DNA from: Ranitomeya imitator
Taxonomy: Eukaryota
Assembly (NCBI RefSeq): GCF_032444005.1
Contig: NC_091284.1
Span: 91,884,001-91,948,000 of the forward strand
Direction: 5' to 3'
Length of the DNA stretch: 64,000 bases
The position numbers and the translations under genes were made by a program. This document shows, piece by piece, positions 63,125 to 64,000 of this stretch. The notes below the pieces were generated by a model. It was not told the origin of the DNA. It did no database searches and saw only the letters and a list, made by a program, of their open reading frames with translations. The stretch's first letter is position 1. Each line of letters begins with the position of its first letter.

Positions 63125-63900
63125 TGTACACACAGTGAAATAAAGGCTTTCGGAGACTGGCCTGGTGTCAAGAAAGGAATCATAATATCCCAAGAAAATC
63201 ATCAAGGACTGGCTTTCATTCTGTAGAATGTGCAGAGGGTTGGGGTACCGTTATTGCTTCTGATTAAGCCACATTCATACTGTTGGGGACATATGGAGAA
63301 ATTATGCAAACAGTATCCAGAGACCACTCATGTGTGGAGGCTCATCCATAATTTTGCCTAAGAACACTGCCATGAATACAGAATGAGATCTAAACATCCT
63401 GCAAAAGTAACTTGTCCCAACGATCCAGAAGCAATTTGATGCTGAACAATGCTTTTTACAGCATGATGAAGACCATATTACAAGGCAAAAGTGATAAGTG
63501 GCTCTGTGTATAAAATATTCAACTTAACCTAAGTCCATGGCCAGGAAACTCTCCAGTTGTCAATCCCATTGACAACCTGTAGTCTATCTTCAAAAAGCAC
63601 CTGGACAAAAACACAGACATTGTGATAAACTCCAAGCATGGATCATGCAAGAATTTGTCGTCCTCAGTCAGGATTTGGCCCAAAAACGGATATCCAGCTT
63701 TCAGGGTAAATGGCAAAAGTCTTGAAAAATAAAGGACATCACTGTAAATATTGAGTTTTTGCATAAACTTGATGCATTCGCCAATAAAATTCTAAAACAT
63801 TACTAAATCTTATAATTGATCTAGAGTAACCATAGAAGCATCCAACTAAAAGATCCAGAAACACTGAAGAATCAGGTCTTTCAAAAAGCAAAACTTTGTC
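63125..63900 (+). mobile_element. Heavily decayed Tc1-like fragment
   Basis: Remnant QHD..WPGNSPVVNPIDNL; boundaries approximate. Confidence 0.55.
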
Positions 63901-64000
63901 TCAATCTCAAAACTTTTAGCTACGACTGTTTATATGTAATTCGGCATTTATCATTAATAAGACAAAAGACATCGTAACATAGGTAGATGCAAACTTCTAG

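Noticed and set aside
15163-64000. Canonical ABR exon 1 (..RLSWIDTLYS)
   Set aside because: No matching codons found by eye on the minus strand; it probably lies beyond 64000. TBLASTN of the peptide would settle it.

Overview
Eukaryotic (vertebrate) genomic DNA, most likely from an anuran amphibian. That assignment is inferred from a Xenopus-like ABR peptide and a repeat landscape of T2-type MITEs, a V-SINE and many Tc1-like elements. The only firmly recognisable host coding sequence is one 185-nt exon on the minus strand (14978-15162), which matches exon 2 of ABR (active BCR-related RhoGEF/GAP). The window is therefore essentially ABR intron 2 (1-14977) and intron 1 (15163-64000); canonical exon 1 was not found. 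Most other recognisable sequence is transposon-derived and often nested: Tc1/mariner elements of the DD34E, DD37E and DD38E types, a near full-length intron-containing hAT element, an internally deleted Helitron, piggyBac-like, Harbinger, T2/Kolobok-type and Tc2-like non-autonomous elements, a V-SINE, L2/CR1 tails, TE-borne minisatellites and two N gaps. The most interesting leads are candidate alternative phase-1 ABR exons (including a possible 36-nt microexon), two identical RFX X-boxes near candidate ABR promoter regions, a minimal hammerhead ribozyme core on the ABR sense strand, and a Helitron STPR-repeat/Pif1 C-terminus fusion. No prokaryotic features or CRISPR arrays are present. All calls come from reading the sequence and from recalled family knowledge; no database searches were run, and some element boundaries are approximate.
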